From assembly GCA_964493525.1 (NCBI GenBank), contig CAZBOK010000001.1:1-51051 (forward strand): DNA of 51,051 nt. Direction: 5' to 3'. This DNA is from an uncultured Phycisphaeraceae bacterium (GTDB lineage: Bacteria; Planctomycetota; B15-G4; JADJEK01). This document shows, piece after piece, positions 26,580 to 35,480 of this stretch; position 1 is the stretch's first letter, and every line of letters starts with the position of its first letter. The notes beneath the pieces were generated by a model. It made no database searches and was not told the origin of the DNA. It saw only the letters and a list, made by a program, of their open reading frames with translations. The position numbers were made by a program, and so were the translations under genes.

Positions 26580-27052
26580 CGCGCATCGCGCGGCACTCGA
26601 ACGCGGGGATCGGCATGGCAGCGAAGCAGAAGAAGTCGCAGGAGTTCCTGTCCGCCTCGCAGTTGATCGACGCTCGCATCGGCGAGCTCGGCGACTGGCG
26701 CGGTGAGACGCTCCGCAAGCTGCGCTCGTGGATCCAAGCGGCCGATCCCGACGTCACCGAGGAATGGAAGTGGGGCGTTCCGGTCTGGTCGCACGACGGC
26801 ATCGTCTGCACCGGCGAGACCTACAAGAAGGTCGTGAAGCTCACGTTCGCGAAAGGCGCGTCATTGCGGGATCCGTCGCGCCTCTTCAACTCGAGCCTCG
26901 AGGGAAACACGCGCCGCGCGATCGACGTCCCCGAAGGAGCTTCGATCGACGCCTCGGCGTTCCAGGCGCTGATTCGCGAGGCGGTCGCGCTCAACCGTTC
27001 GGCGCGCGCGAAGCCCGCGACGAAGAAGCCCGCGAAGAGAACGAAATCCTGA
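26576..27052 (+). CDS. DUF1801 domain protein
   Basis: 'EEWKWGVPVWSHDGIVCTGETYKKVVKLTFAKG'. ATGA overlap at 26576; ATG 26615 is an alternative start. Confidence 0.65.
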   Translation: MTRIARHSNAGIGMAAKQKKSQEFLSASQLIDARIGELGDWRGETLRKLRSWIQAADPDVTEEWKWGVPVWSHDGIVCTGETYKKVVKLTFAKGASLRDPSRLFNSSLEGNTRRAIDVPEGASIDASAFQALIREAVALNRSARAKPATKKPAKRTKS

Positions 27053-27077
27053 GCCGCGTCCGGAGCACAACGCAGCG

Positions 27078-27470
27078 ATGCGCACCGAGCAACTTCTCAC
27101 GAAAGCCGCGAAGTCATTGAAAGACGTCGACGAAGGCATTGCCTGCGCCGGGACTGCCCTCGAGTCGAAGACCTACAAGGTCGGCGGCAAGGCGTTCCTG
27201 TTCGTGAGCGCGAAGGTTGCGCGGCTGAAGCTCGCGCAATCGGTCGACGAAGCGCGGGCGTTCGCGCGCGAGCCGAACTCGGCGATCGACGTCGGCGCCG
27301 GCGGATGGACGGCGATTCGATGGACCGACGGCGACGTGCCGGCCGATGCCGTGCTGCGTCGCTGGGTCACGGAGAGTCACGCGCAGTATCGGGAGTCGGC
27401 GGCGCCGGCTGCGCGGAAGAAACACGCATTCGGAGCGAAGCCGATCAAGACCAAGAGTCGGCGGACGTGA
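27078..27470 (+). CDS. Hypothetical protein (possibly MmcQ/YjbR-like)
   Basis: The ORF has normal composition. The family guess is weak. Confidence 0.45.
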   Translation: MRTEQLLTKAAKSLKDVDEGIACAGTALESKTYKVGGKAFLFVSAKVARLKLAQSVDEARAFAREPNSAIDVGAGGWTAIRWTDGDVPADAVLRRWVTESHAQYRESAAPAARKKHAFGAKPIKTKSRRT

Positions 27471-27887
27471 CGCTCGTCGCGCGGAAGGCGAACCCCCGCG
27501 ATCGCCGGGGCTCCGTCCTCGGCGCGTCTCACGGCCCGGTGTTCGTGCCGTCGCCGCGGGTCACGATCGTCGTTCCGCCGCCAACTGAATGACTGGATGT
27601 GAGATCGTCGTTCGCGCCGCCCATCGCGATCTCGAGCTGCCGGAACCGCGCGCCCAGCGAGCCGGGCGCCGACGCTGCTGATCCGGTCGTGACCGGATCG
27701 ATACGCTGACACTTGCAGTCGTCGTCGTCGGTGGCCGTCCGCTCGAGAAGCTCCAACGGCGTCCGCCCGGCAAGAACGAGCGAGAACCTTTCGGACGGAT
27801 CCTGGGGGTTCGCCGGCCTCGGCGCGTGGTGAGCGTCGAGCTCGATGCCGATCGCGGCGAGGTGATCGTGCGAGTCGGAGCGGATGA

Positions 27888-28316
27888 AGTCGGCGACCTG
27901 GCGCGCGGCACGATCCGGACGCGGATCGCAAGATCGTGTTCGATCGGTTCCAGGTCGCCCAGCACTTGAACGACGCCGTCGATCACGCGCGCCGCGAGAG
28001 TGTGCCGACTCCGGTGGGACGCCGCGCCGGATTCCGCACCGCGCGCGCCTGGGCCGAGCGCGGCCGGCGCTCGTGGCTCGAGCCGATGAAGCGCGCCGCG
28101 CGAATGTTCCGCAATCACCTGTTCGGAATCGTCGACGCCACGATCTTCCCCGCCTCGAACGCGCTCAGCGAAACGATCAACGGAAAGATCCAGCGGATCA
28201 AGCGACTTGCCCGCGGCTTCCGCAATCCCACGCATTTCAAGAACGCGATTGTCTTCCGGTTCGGCGGTCTCGACCTCCATCCCTCACGACGCCGGCTCAC
28301 CCACACAGATTCCTGA
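27888..28316 (+). pseudogene. ISL3-family transposase remnant (C-terminal fragment with internal deletion)
   Basis: 'PDADRKIVFDRFQVAQHLNDAVDHARR' matches the ISL3 'P.A.IV.DRFHV' block. 'SNALSETINGKIQRIKRLARGFRNPTHFKNAI' matches the ISL3 'TNG..EG.N.KIK..KR.A.GFRN' C-terminal block. The N-terminal ~250 aa and the middle are missing. Confidence 0.6.
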
Positions 28317-28413
28317 GGCGCCATCCATCCGCTGCGCGCGGTCGAGCCCGGAGCCGGGGCTGACCCGACTTCGGTTCCGCGATAATGTTTCGCACCAAGC
28401 GAGGACCACCCGC

Positions 28414-31400
28414 ATGTCAGTGCATCGAGCCGTCAGGGCAGCCGCACGCCGCCTCGCGTTCACGATTGCTTCGGCCGGTGTCGCGATCGGGACCGGGAGC
28501 GCGCAGTCTCCCTCCCCCGCGATTCCACGCAGACTCGGCGCGACCGAATGGTCAAGCATCCGCGCGGCGCACGACGCGAGCGAGCGTGCCGCAGTCGCCG
28601 TCGACGGCGGCTGGCGCGCTGTCGACCCGCGACAGCAGTGGTCCGAGCAGTTCGATGGCCACGGCTTCCGCGTGATTCCGTCGGGCGCGCAGTGGAGCTT
28701 CGGGCTGGCGCTCGAGAGCTACGGGATCGCCGGCGCAGAGCACGCCGTCTCGCGGCCGCGAGCGACGAGCGCGGAGGGACGGCGCGTCGCGTATGCGTGG
28801 GACGCGACCCTCGAAGAGTGGTACGTGAACGACGCGCGCGGCCTCGAGCACGGGTTCACGGTCAGCGAGCGGCCCGCGGGTCAGAACGGGAGCCTCGTGT
28901 TGACGCTCGCGGTGCGGGGCGATCTGCAACCGGTCGCGGCGACAGACGGAAGCGCGATCGCGTTCACCGCGAGCGGCATCGCGGCGGTGAATTACTCGGG
29001 CTTGGTCGTTCGCGACGCGAGCGGTCGCGAACTGACGGCGCGGCTCGAAGTCGTCGGCGACCGGATCCGCTTCGTCATCGACGAGGCAGGCGCGCGCTAT
29101 CCGCTTTCGATCGACCCGATCGCGCAGCAGGCCTACCTGAAGGCGTCGAACGCCGAGTACGCCGATGAGTTCGGTTCGGCAGTCGCCGTGTCCGGTGACA
29201 CGATCGTGGTCGGCGCTCCCGGTGAGGACAGCCTCGCGTCCGGTGTGAACGGCGACCAGAGCGACAACAGCGCGGGCGATGTCGGCGCCGCCTACGTGTT
29301 CGTCCGGAGCGGCACGACCTGGACGCAGCAGGCGTATCTCAAGGCCTCGAACCCCGACGCGAACGACCGCTTCGGTGGGGCCGTCGCGATCGCGGGCGAC
29401 ACGATCGTGATCGGGGCCAGCGGCGAGAGCAGCGGTTCCACCGGCGTGAACGGCACGGAGTCCGACAACAGCAAGGTGGACGCCGGCGCGGCCTACGTGT
29501 TCGTGCGCAGCGGAACGAGCTGGTCGCAGCAGGCTTACCTGAAGGGCTCGACCGCCGCCGCATTCGATCAGTTCGGCTGCTCGGTCGCGATTTCGGGCGA
29601 CACCGTTGTCGTGGGGGCGATCATCGCGCAGAAGGCGACCGTGTTCGTGCGGAGCGGCACGACCTGGACGACCGAGACCGATCTCGTCGCGTCGAACGCC
29701 GGCACGCGCGACCAGTTCGGCTGCGCGGTGGCCGTGGATGGGGACACCGTCGTCGTCGGGGCGGATTGGGAGGAGAGCAACGCGACGGGCGTGGGCGGCG
29801 ACCAGTCGGACAACAGTCTGCAGGAAGCCGGCGCCGCGTACGTGTTCGTCCGGAGCGGCACGACCTGGAGCCAGCAGGCCTACCTGAAGGCCTCGAACAC
29901 CGAGACCTTCGACGATTTCGGCTACGCGGTGGCGGTCGCCGGTGACACCGCCGTCGTCTCGGCGCTCGGCGAGGGCAGCAACGCGACCGGTGTGAACGGC
30001 GATCAAAGTGACAACAGCATGGGCAATGCCGGCGCGGTGTACGTCTTCCTGCGCAGCGGCACGACCTGGAGCCAACAGGCCTATCTCAAGGCGTCGAACA
30101 CCGACGCCGGCGACTGGTTCGGCCACTCCCTGTCGATCGAGGGCGACACGCTGCTCGTCGGAGCGCCGGGCGAGTTCAGCAATGCCACGGGCGTGAACGG
30201 CGGGCAGAGCGACAACAGCCTGCGCTTCGCCGGCGCCGTGTACGTGTTTGCACGCAACGGCACGGTGTGGAGCCAGCTCGCCTACGTGAAGGCCTCGAAT
30301 ACCGATGCGTTCGACGACTTCGGATTCTCGGTGTCGCTCTCCGGCGACACGTTCGTGGCCGGAGCCGCCGGCGAATACAGCAGCGCGACCGGAGTGAACG
30401 GCGATCAGAGCGACAACAGCGCGCCCGGGGCCGGCGCAGCGTACGTATTCCTCCGGACGCCCGGACCGCCCCCGCTCGGACCCGCAACCGTGCTGCCGAT
30501 GTACTTCACGAACGGCCAGACGGTTCCCGTGACGGCGTCCTCCGCCACCGGCAACGCCACCTGCTACCTGGATCCGGTCACGAAGGTATTGACGTGCGAG
30601 GCCGACGTCACGGGACTGCAGGGGGCTGTGTATTCGGCCCATCTCCATCGGGGCATTCCGGGAGTTAACGGCGCGACGCTCGCGACACTGAGCGGCGGAC
30701 CGACGCATCTGTCCGGAGCGGTCGGGTTGAGCTCCGCGCAGATCGACGAGGTGCGCGCAGGCGGTCTCTATGTCGATGTGCACACCTCCGCTTATCCGGC
30801 CGGCGAGGTCCGTGCGCAAGTCGTGCCCGCGCTCTCGCGATTCATCGCCGTGTTGAACGGGGCGAAGGAGACACCCGCCAATGGATCGGCGGCCGTGGCG
30901 ACCGGCACGCTCGTGGTCAATCCCGGCAATACCGTGACGTACGCCATCACGTTCGCCGGCCTGACCGCGAACGTCACGGTCGCGCATCTGCACGAAGGCG
31001 TTGCCGGCGTGGCAGGCCCGATCGTCGCAGGGATGACGCTCACCACGCCAGTCGGCACTTCCGGCACTTTCTCGGGCACCACTTCAGCGCTGACCGACGT
31101 GCAAATTGCGAAGCTCCGCGCCGGGCGGATGTATGTCGACGTTCACAGCGCCGCCTACGGTGGCGGCGAGATCCGCGGCCAGGTCGCGGCGTCGTTCGCC
31201 GAGTACGGCGTCGGCTGTCACGGCAGCGCGGCGCTCGGAGGCGGCGGCGTCACGACGCCGGGCGGGATCCTCGTGCTCGACGTGCATGGCGGGACGCCGT
31301 TCGCTTATCCGAGTTTGTTGTTCATGGGCGCAGCCGGAGATCAGCGCGCGTTCCCGTACGGGTGCCGTTTCGCGATGGCGTTCGCGCCGACGTGGACGAT

Positions 31401-31572
31401 CTCGCTGCCCCCACTCGACGCCGCGGGCGCGTTGGCGCTTCCGATCGCGCTGCCGGCGCTGCCGCTGCTCGCATCGCCGCTGTGCCTCCCGCTGCAGTAC
31501 TTCGCGGGCGACCCGGCGCAGCTCGGTGGTTTCTTCGCGACCAACGGACTGCAGCTGTGCATCGATGCGTGA
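28414..31572 (+). CDS. Secreted protein: N-terminal module + 7-blade FG-GAP-like propeller + 2 CHRD domains + shared C-terminal module
   Basis: RBS GAGG. Seven 'QQAYLKASN..D.FG.SVA.SGDT.VVGA..E.S.ATGVNGDQSDNS...AGAAYVF.RSGTTWS' repeats. CHRD motifs 'VYSAHLHRGIPGVNG','GGLYVDVHTSAYPAGEVRAQV','VTVAHLHEGVAGVAGP','GRMYVDVHSAAYGGGEIRGQV'. Confidence 0.85.
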   Translation: MSVHRAVRAAARRLAFTIASAGVAIGTGSAQSPSPAIPRRLGATEWSSIRAAHDASERAAVAVDGGWRAVDPRQQWSEQFDGHGFRVIPSGAQWSFGLALESYGIAGAEHAVSRPRATSAEGRRVAYAWDATLEEWYVNDARGLEHGFTVSERPAGQNGSLVLTLAVRGDLQPVAATDGSAIAFTASGIAAVNYSGLVVRDASGRELTARLEVVGDRIRFVIDEAGARYPLSIDPIAQQAYLKASNAEYADEFGSAVAVSGDTIVVGAPGEDSLASGVNGDQSDNSAGDVGAAYVFVRSGTTWTQQAYLKASNPDANDRFGGAVAIAGDTIVIGASGESSGSTGVNGTESDNSKVDAGAAYVFVRSGTSWSQQAYLKGSTAAAFDQFGCSVAISGDTVVVGAIIAQKATVFVRSGTTWTTETDLVASNAGTRDQFGCAVAVDGDTVVVGADWEESNATGVGGDQSDNSLQEAGAAYVFVRSGTTWSQQAYLKASNTETFDDFGYAVAVAGDTAVVSALGEGSNATGVNGDQSDNSMGNAGAVYVFLRSGTTWSQQAYLKASNTDAGDWFGHSLSIEGDTLLVGAPGEFSNATGVNGGQSDNSLRFAGAVYVFARNGTVWSQLAYVKASNTDAFDDFGFSVSLSGDTFVAGAAGEYSSATGVNGDQSDNSAPGAGAAYVFLRTPGPPPLGPATVLPMYFTNGQTVPVTASSATGNATCYLDPVTKVLTCEADVTGLQGAVYSAHLHRGIPGVNGATLATLSGGPTHLSGAVGLSSAQIDEVRAGGLYVDVHTSAYPAGEVRAQVVPALSRFIAVLNGAKETPANGSAAVATGTLVVNPGNTVTYAITFAGLTANVTVAHLHEGVAGVAGPIVAGMTLTTPVGTSGTFSGTTSALTDVQIAKLRAGRMYVDVHSAAYGGGEIRGQVAASFAEYGVGCHGSAALGGGGVTTPGGILVLDVHGGTPFAYPSLLFMGAAGDQRAFPYGCRFAMAFAPTWTISLPPLDAAGALALPIALPALPLLASPLCLPLQYFAGDPAQLGGFFATNGLQLCIDA
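29125..30465 (+). repeat. Seven tandem ~48-67-aa coding repeats (propeller blades)
   Basis: Counted in the translation. Blade 3 is shortened. Confidence 0.75.
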
Positions 31573-31716
31573 GAGTGCGCGCGCGGTCATGGACACGTCT
31601 CGCGCAGTTCCACGGATCAACGCGGACGACGAAGCGGCGCAGCTCCTCGGAGCTGGGAACCGGTCCGCTCCCGATGAGCGGCCTCGCAAGGCATCCGTCG
31701 AAGAAAGGAATCCTCA

Positions 31717-32133
31717 ATGACACCGATGGAGAAGGTCCTCTACACCGCGAAGGCACACACCACCGGCGGACGCGACGGCGCGGGCCGCAGCTCCGACGGT
31801 CGTCTCGACGTGAAGCTGTCGTCCCCCGGAGCTGCCGGCAACGGCACGAACCCCGAGCAGATGTTCGCCGTCGGCTGGTCGGCGTGCTTTCTCGGCGCGC
31901 TCGGCGTCGTCGCCGCGAAGCAGAAGGTGACGCTCCCCGCCGACCGCGCCGTCGACGCCGAGGTCGACCTCGGCACGAACGCCGGCGGCTACCTGATCCG
32001 CGCGCGGCTGAACGTGAGCCTGCCGGGAATCCCGCGCGACGTCGCGCGCGCTCTCGTCGAAGCGGCGCACCAGGTTTGCCCGTACTCGAAAGCGACGCGC
32101 GGGAACATCGAGGTGGCCGTCAACGTGGTGTGA
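31717..32133 (+). CDS. ohr: Organic hydroperoxide resistance protein (OsmC/Ohr family)
   Basis: 'EKVLYTAKAHTTGGRDG', Cys motifs 'GWSACFLGAL' and 'HQVCPYSKATRGNI'. RBS AAAGGAA. Confidence 0.9.
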   Translation: MTPMEKVLYTAKAHTTGGRDGAGRSSDGRLDVKLSSPGAAGNGTNPEQMFAVGWSACFLGALGVVAAKQKVTLPADRAVDAEVDLGTNAGGYLIRARLNVSLPGIPRDVARALVEAAHQVCPYSKATRGNIEVAVNVV

Positions 32134-32319
32134 CGCCGCGCGCGGCATCGACGCGCGACCCGCGAGCACGTCGATCGACACTTCCCCCGCTTCGGGTGCT
32201 AGCGTGCGGCGCTGATTCGCGGAGTTCGGCGCCCACCTCCATCGACTCCCGATTGCGCATCCGTCGCATCGGAAGCGATCGCTCCGAAACCGCTCGACTC
32301 GAAACCTGCTGGAGTCCGC

Positions 32320-33846
32320 ATGAACGTCCTCGTTCTCGTTGGTTGTCTCGCCCTCGCTCCGATCGGAGCCGCGCAGGACGCGCCGCCCGCAGCACCGTCG
32401 CCCGACGCCGCTCCCGAAGAGCCGCGCGGCCTGCGCATGAACGATCCGGGCGCGCTTCCGGGCTACACGCTGATCGCGCCGCTCTCGTCGTATCGCACCG
32501 TGCTTCTCGACATGGAGGGCAAGGTCGTCCACGAGTGGAAGAGCGCCTTCCCGCCGGGCGGTGCGGTCTACCTGCTGAGCAACGGCAATCTCCTGCGCGT
32601 GCGGCGCGATCTCGACTCCGACATCTTCGAGGGAGGCGGCATCAGCGGCGGCATCGAGGAGTTCGCGCCGGACGGCAAGCTCGTTTGGGAATACGCGATC
32701 AAGAGCGACACGATCTACTCGCACCACGACGTGAAGCAGCTCCCGAACGGCCACGTCCTCGCGATCGTGTGGGAGCGCAAGAGCGGAACCAAGGCGGTGC
32801 AGTCCGGGCGCGACAAAGAGCGCGTGCCCGCCGGCGAGCTCTGGGCCGACGCGATCTACGAGATCGAGAAGCAGCCCCCGACCGGCGGTCGCGTCGTGTG
32901 GGAGTGGCACAGTTGGGACCACCTGATTCAGGACTACGACAAGGACCGCGCGAACTTCGGCGACGTCGCCGCGCATCCCGAGCTCATCGACATCAATGGC
33001 GATCCGAAGGACGACCGTTCTCCGGCTGCGATCGCCGCGGCGGCCGATGCAATGAAGCAGGCCGGCTATCTCGGCGGCGACGCGAAGGACAAACAAGGTC
33101 GCCCGCGCGATCTCCGCGGCGCGGATTGGATGCACTGCAACGCCGTCGACTACAACGCCGCGCTCGATCAGATCGCGGTCTCGTCGCCGCACTTCAGCGA
33201 GTTCTGGGTGATCGACCACTCGACAACGACCGAGGAGGCGAAGGGCCACACCGGCGGCCGGCGGGGCAAGGGCGGCGATCTGCTGTACCGGTTCGGCAAT
33301 CCGGCCGTGTACCGCGCCGGCTCGAAGGACGCACAGCGGCTGTTCGGTCAGCACAACGTGCAATGGATCGAGCCCGGGCTTCCGGGCGCCGGCAATTTCC
33401 TGGTGTTCAACAACGGCGAAGGACGTCCGAGGGCCGAGTACTCGAGCGTCGATGAGTTCACCGCGCCGACCGACGCGGACGGCAATTATCAGAAGGACCC
33501 CGAGGAGCCGTTCGGTCCGGACGAGCTCGCGTGGCGCTACGGCGGAACGCCGAACGTGTTCTTTTCGAGCTTCATCTCCGGCGCGCAGCGATTGAGCAAC
33601 GGCGACACGCTGATCTGCTCCGGCGCCGACGGTCGGATCTTCGAGGTCACGCACGACGGCACGACCGTGTGGGAGTTCTGGAACGACATCGGAGGCGATG
33701 CCCCGATGTCGCTCGGCAAGCACGCGCCGCCGCCGATGGGGCCGGGGGGGAAGGGGTTCAACCCGTTCGCGCTGTTCCGCGCGACGCGGATCGCGATGGA
33801 CGATCCGCGGCTCGCGGCGCTGGGATTGACGGCGCCGGCGAAGTAG
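32320..33846 (+). CDS. Secreted arylsulfotransferase (ASST)-like beta-propeller protein, copy 1
   Basis: 'PGYTLIAPLSSYRTVLLDMEGKVVHEWKS','YSHHDVKQLPNGHVLAIVWE','MHCNAVDYN'. Family call from motif memory. Confidence 0.6.
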   Translation: MNVLVLVGCLALAPIGAAQDAPPAAPSPDAAPEEPRGLRMNDPGALPGYTLIAPLSSYRTVLLDMEGKVVHEWKSAFPPGGAVYLLSNGNLLRVRRDLDSDIFEGGGISGGIEEFAPDGKLVWEYAIKSDTIYSHHDVKQLPNGHVLAIVWERKSGTKAVQSGRDKERVPAGELWADAIYEIEKQPPTGGRVVWEWHSWDHLIQDYDKDRANFGDVAAHPELIDINGDPKDDRSPAAIAAAADAMKQAGYLGGDAKDKQGRPRDLRGADWMHCNAVDYNAALDQIAVSSPHFSEFWVIDHSTTTEEAKGHTGGRRGKGGDLLYRFGNPAVYRAGSKDAQRLFGQHNVQWIEPGLPGAGNFLVFNNGEGRPRAEYSSVDEFTAPTDADGNYQKDPEEPFGPDELAWRYGGTPNVFFSSFISGAQRLSNGDTLICSGADGRIFEVTHDGTTVWEFWNDIGGDAPMSLGKHAPPPMGPGGKGFNPFALFRATRIAMDDPRLAALGLTAPAK

Positions 33847-33976
33847 CGCAGCACGACGCGCTGCAGCGCCTCCGGCGCGCGGAGCGGCACTCCGCAAGAT
33901 CGAGTCGGCCCCCGCGGGCGATGCGGGCGCGTCGATCCGCTGTATGACGCGACTCGCCGCCGCACCGGGAGTCCGC

Positions 33977-35392
33977 ATGCACGCATTCTGCTTCCTCGGT
34001 TGTCTCGCGCTCGCCGCTGCGGATGCGAAGAATGGCGCTGACGGCGACGAACCGCGCGGCCTGCGCGTGCGCGAGCCGGGCGCGCTCCCCGGCTACACGC
34101 TGATCGCGCCGCTCTTCTCGTTCCGCACCGTGCTCGTCGACATGGAGGGCAAGGTCGTCCACGAGTGGAAGAGCGCGGCTCCGGCCACCGCCGACGCGCA
34201 CCTCCTGCCGAACGGCAACTTGCTGCGCGCCACGCGCGACATCGACAGCGCGGTGTTCGAGGGCGGCGGCATCGGCGGCGGCGTCGAGGAGATCGCGCCG
34301 GACGGCGCGGTCGCGTGGCGGTACAGCATCAAGAGCGAGAAGTTCCACTCGCACCACGACGTCGAGCCGCTGCCAAACGGCCACGTCCTCGCGATCGTGT
34401 GGGAGCGCCACAGCAAGGCCGACGCCGTGGCCGCGGGCCGCGACGAGAAGCGCGTCCCGCGCGAGCTGTGGTCGGACGCGATCTACGAGATCCAGAAACA
34501 GGGCCAGTCCGGCGGCCGCGTCGTGTGGGAGTGGCACGTCTGGGATCACCTGATCCAGGACCATGACGAAGGACGCGCGAACTTCGGCGACGTCGCGGCG
34601 CATCGCGAGCTCATCGACATCAACGGCGATCCCAAGAACGGCCTGCGCGGCGCCGACGATCCGGATTGGATGCACTGCAACTCGATCGACTACAACGTGG
34701 CGCTCGATCAGGTCGTGCTCGCGTCGCCGATGTTCGGCGAGCTGTGGGTCATCGATCACTCGACGAAGATGGCGGAGGCGAAGGGCCACGCCGGCGGGCG
34801 GTCGGGCAAAGGCGGCGACCTGCTGTATCGATGGGGCAACCCCGCCGTGTATCGCGCCGGCAGCACGAATGATCAGCGGCTCTTCGGCCAGCACGATGTG
34901 CAATGGATCGAACCCGGCCTCCCCGGCGCCGGCGACTTCCTCGTGTTCAACAACGGCACCGGACGGACGCGCGGCGAGTTCTCGAGCGCCGACGAGTTCA
35001 CCTCGCCGGTCGACGCAGCGGGGCATTACTCGATCGATCCCGACGAACCCGGCGAGCCGTTCGAGCCGTCGGACCTCGCGTGGCGCTTCGGCGACGCGCC
35101 CGACGCACGGTTCTTCTCGATGTTCATCGCCGGCGTGCAGCGTCTCGCGAACGGCAACACGCTGATCTGCGTCGGCGCCGACGGCCACGTGTCCGAAGTG
35201 ACGAGCGACGGGAAGACCGTCTGGGAGTTCTGGAACGAGATCGGCGGCGACGCCCCGGCTTCCTTCGGGAAGCACTTCGCGTCGGTCATCCAACCGGGCG
35301 GCCTCAGCCGATACGCGCTGTCCGGCGCGACCCGGATCCCGCTCGATCACCCCGGGCTGAAGGCGCTCGGGTTGGCGGCTCGCGCGAGGTAG
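33977..35392 (+). CDS. Secreted arylsulfotransferase (ASST)-like protein, copy 2 (tandem paralogue)
   Basis: Colinear with copy 1. Start chosen at ATG 33977 because its context 'ggagtccgcATG' is identical to that of copy 1 (32309-32322). Confidence 0.6.
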   Translation: MHAFCFLGCLALAAADAKNGADGDEPRGLRVREPGALPGYTLIAPLFSFRTVLVDMEGKVVHEWKSAAPATADAHLLPNGNLLRATRDIDSAVFEGGGIGGGVEEIAPDGAVAWRYSIKSEKFHSHHDVEPLPNGHVLAIVWERHSKADAVAAGRDEKRVPRELWSDAIYEIQKQGQSGGRVVWEWHVWDHLIQDHDEGRANFGDVAAHRELIDINGDPKNGLRGADDPDWMHCNSIDYNVALDQVVLASPMFGELWVIDHSTKMAEAKGHAGGRSGKGGDLLYRWGNPAVYRAGSTNDQRLFGQHDVQWIEPGLPGAGDFLVFNNGTGRTRGEFSSADEFTSPVDAAGHYSIDPDEPGEPFEPSDLAWRFGDAPDARFFSMFIAGVQRLANGNTLICVGADGHVSEVTSDGKTVWEFWNEIGGDAPASFGKHFASVIQPGGLSRYALSGATRIPLDHPGLKALGLAARAR

Positions 35393-35480
35393 GCGGATCT
35401 TCGGCGCCAGATCTCCCGCGAATCCGTGGCCTTTGCGGCGGCCATACTGCGCGAGGCACCGTGATCCCCCGGAGGTTGCC

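Noticed and set aside
29125-30465. Regular ~190-bp nucleotide periodicity that could superficially suggest a repeat array or CRISPR.
   Set aside because: The repeats are long, degenerate and in frame. They encode propeller blades inside a single ORF, with no short identical repeats and unique spacers.
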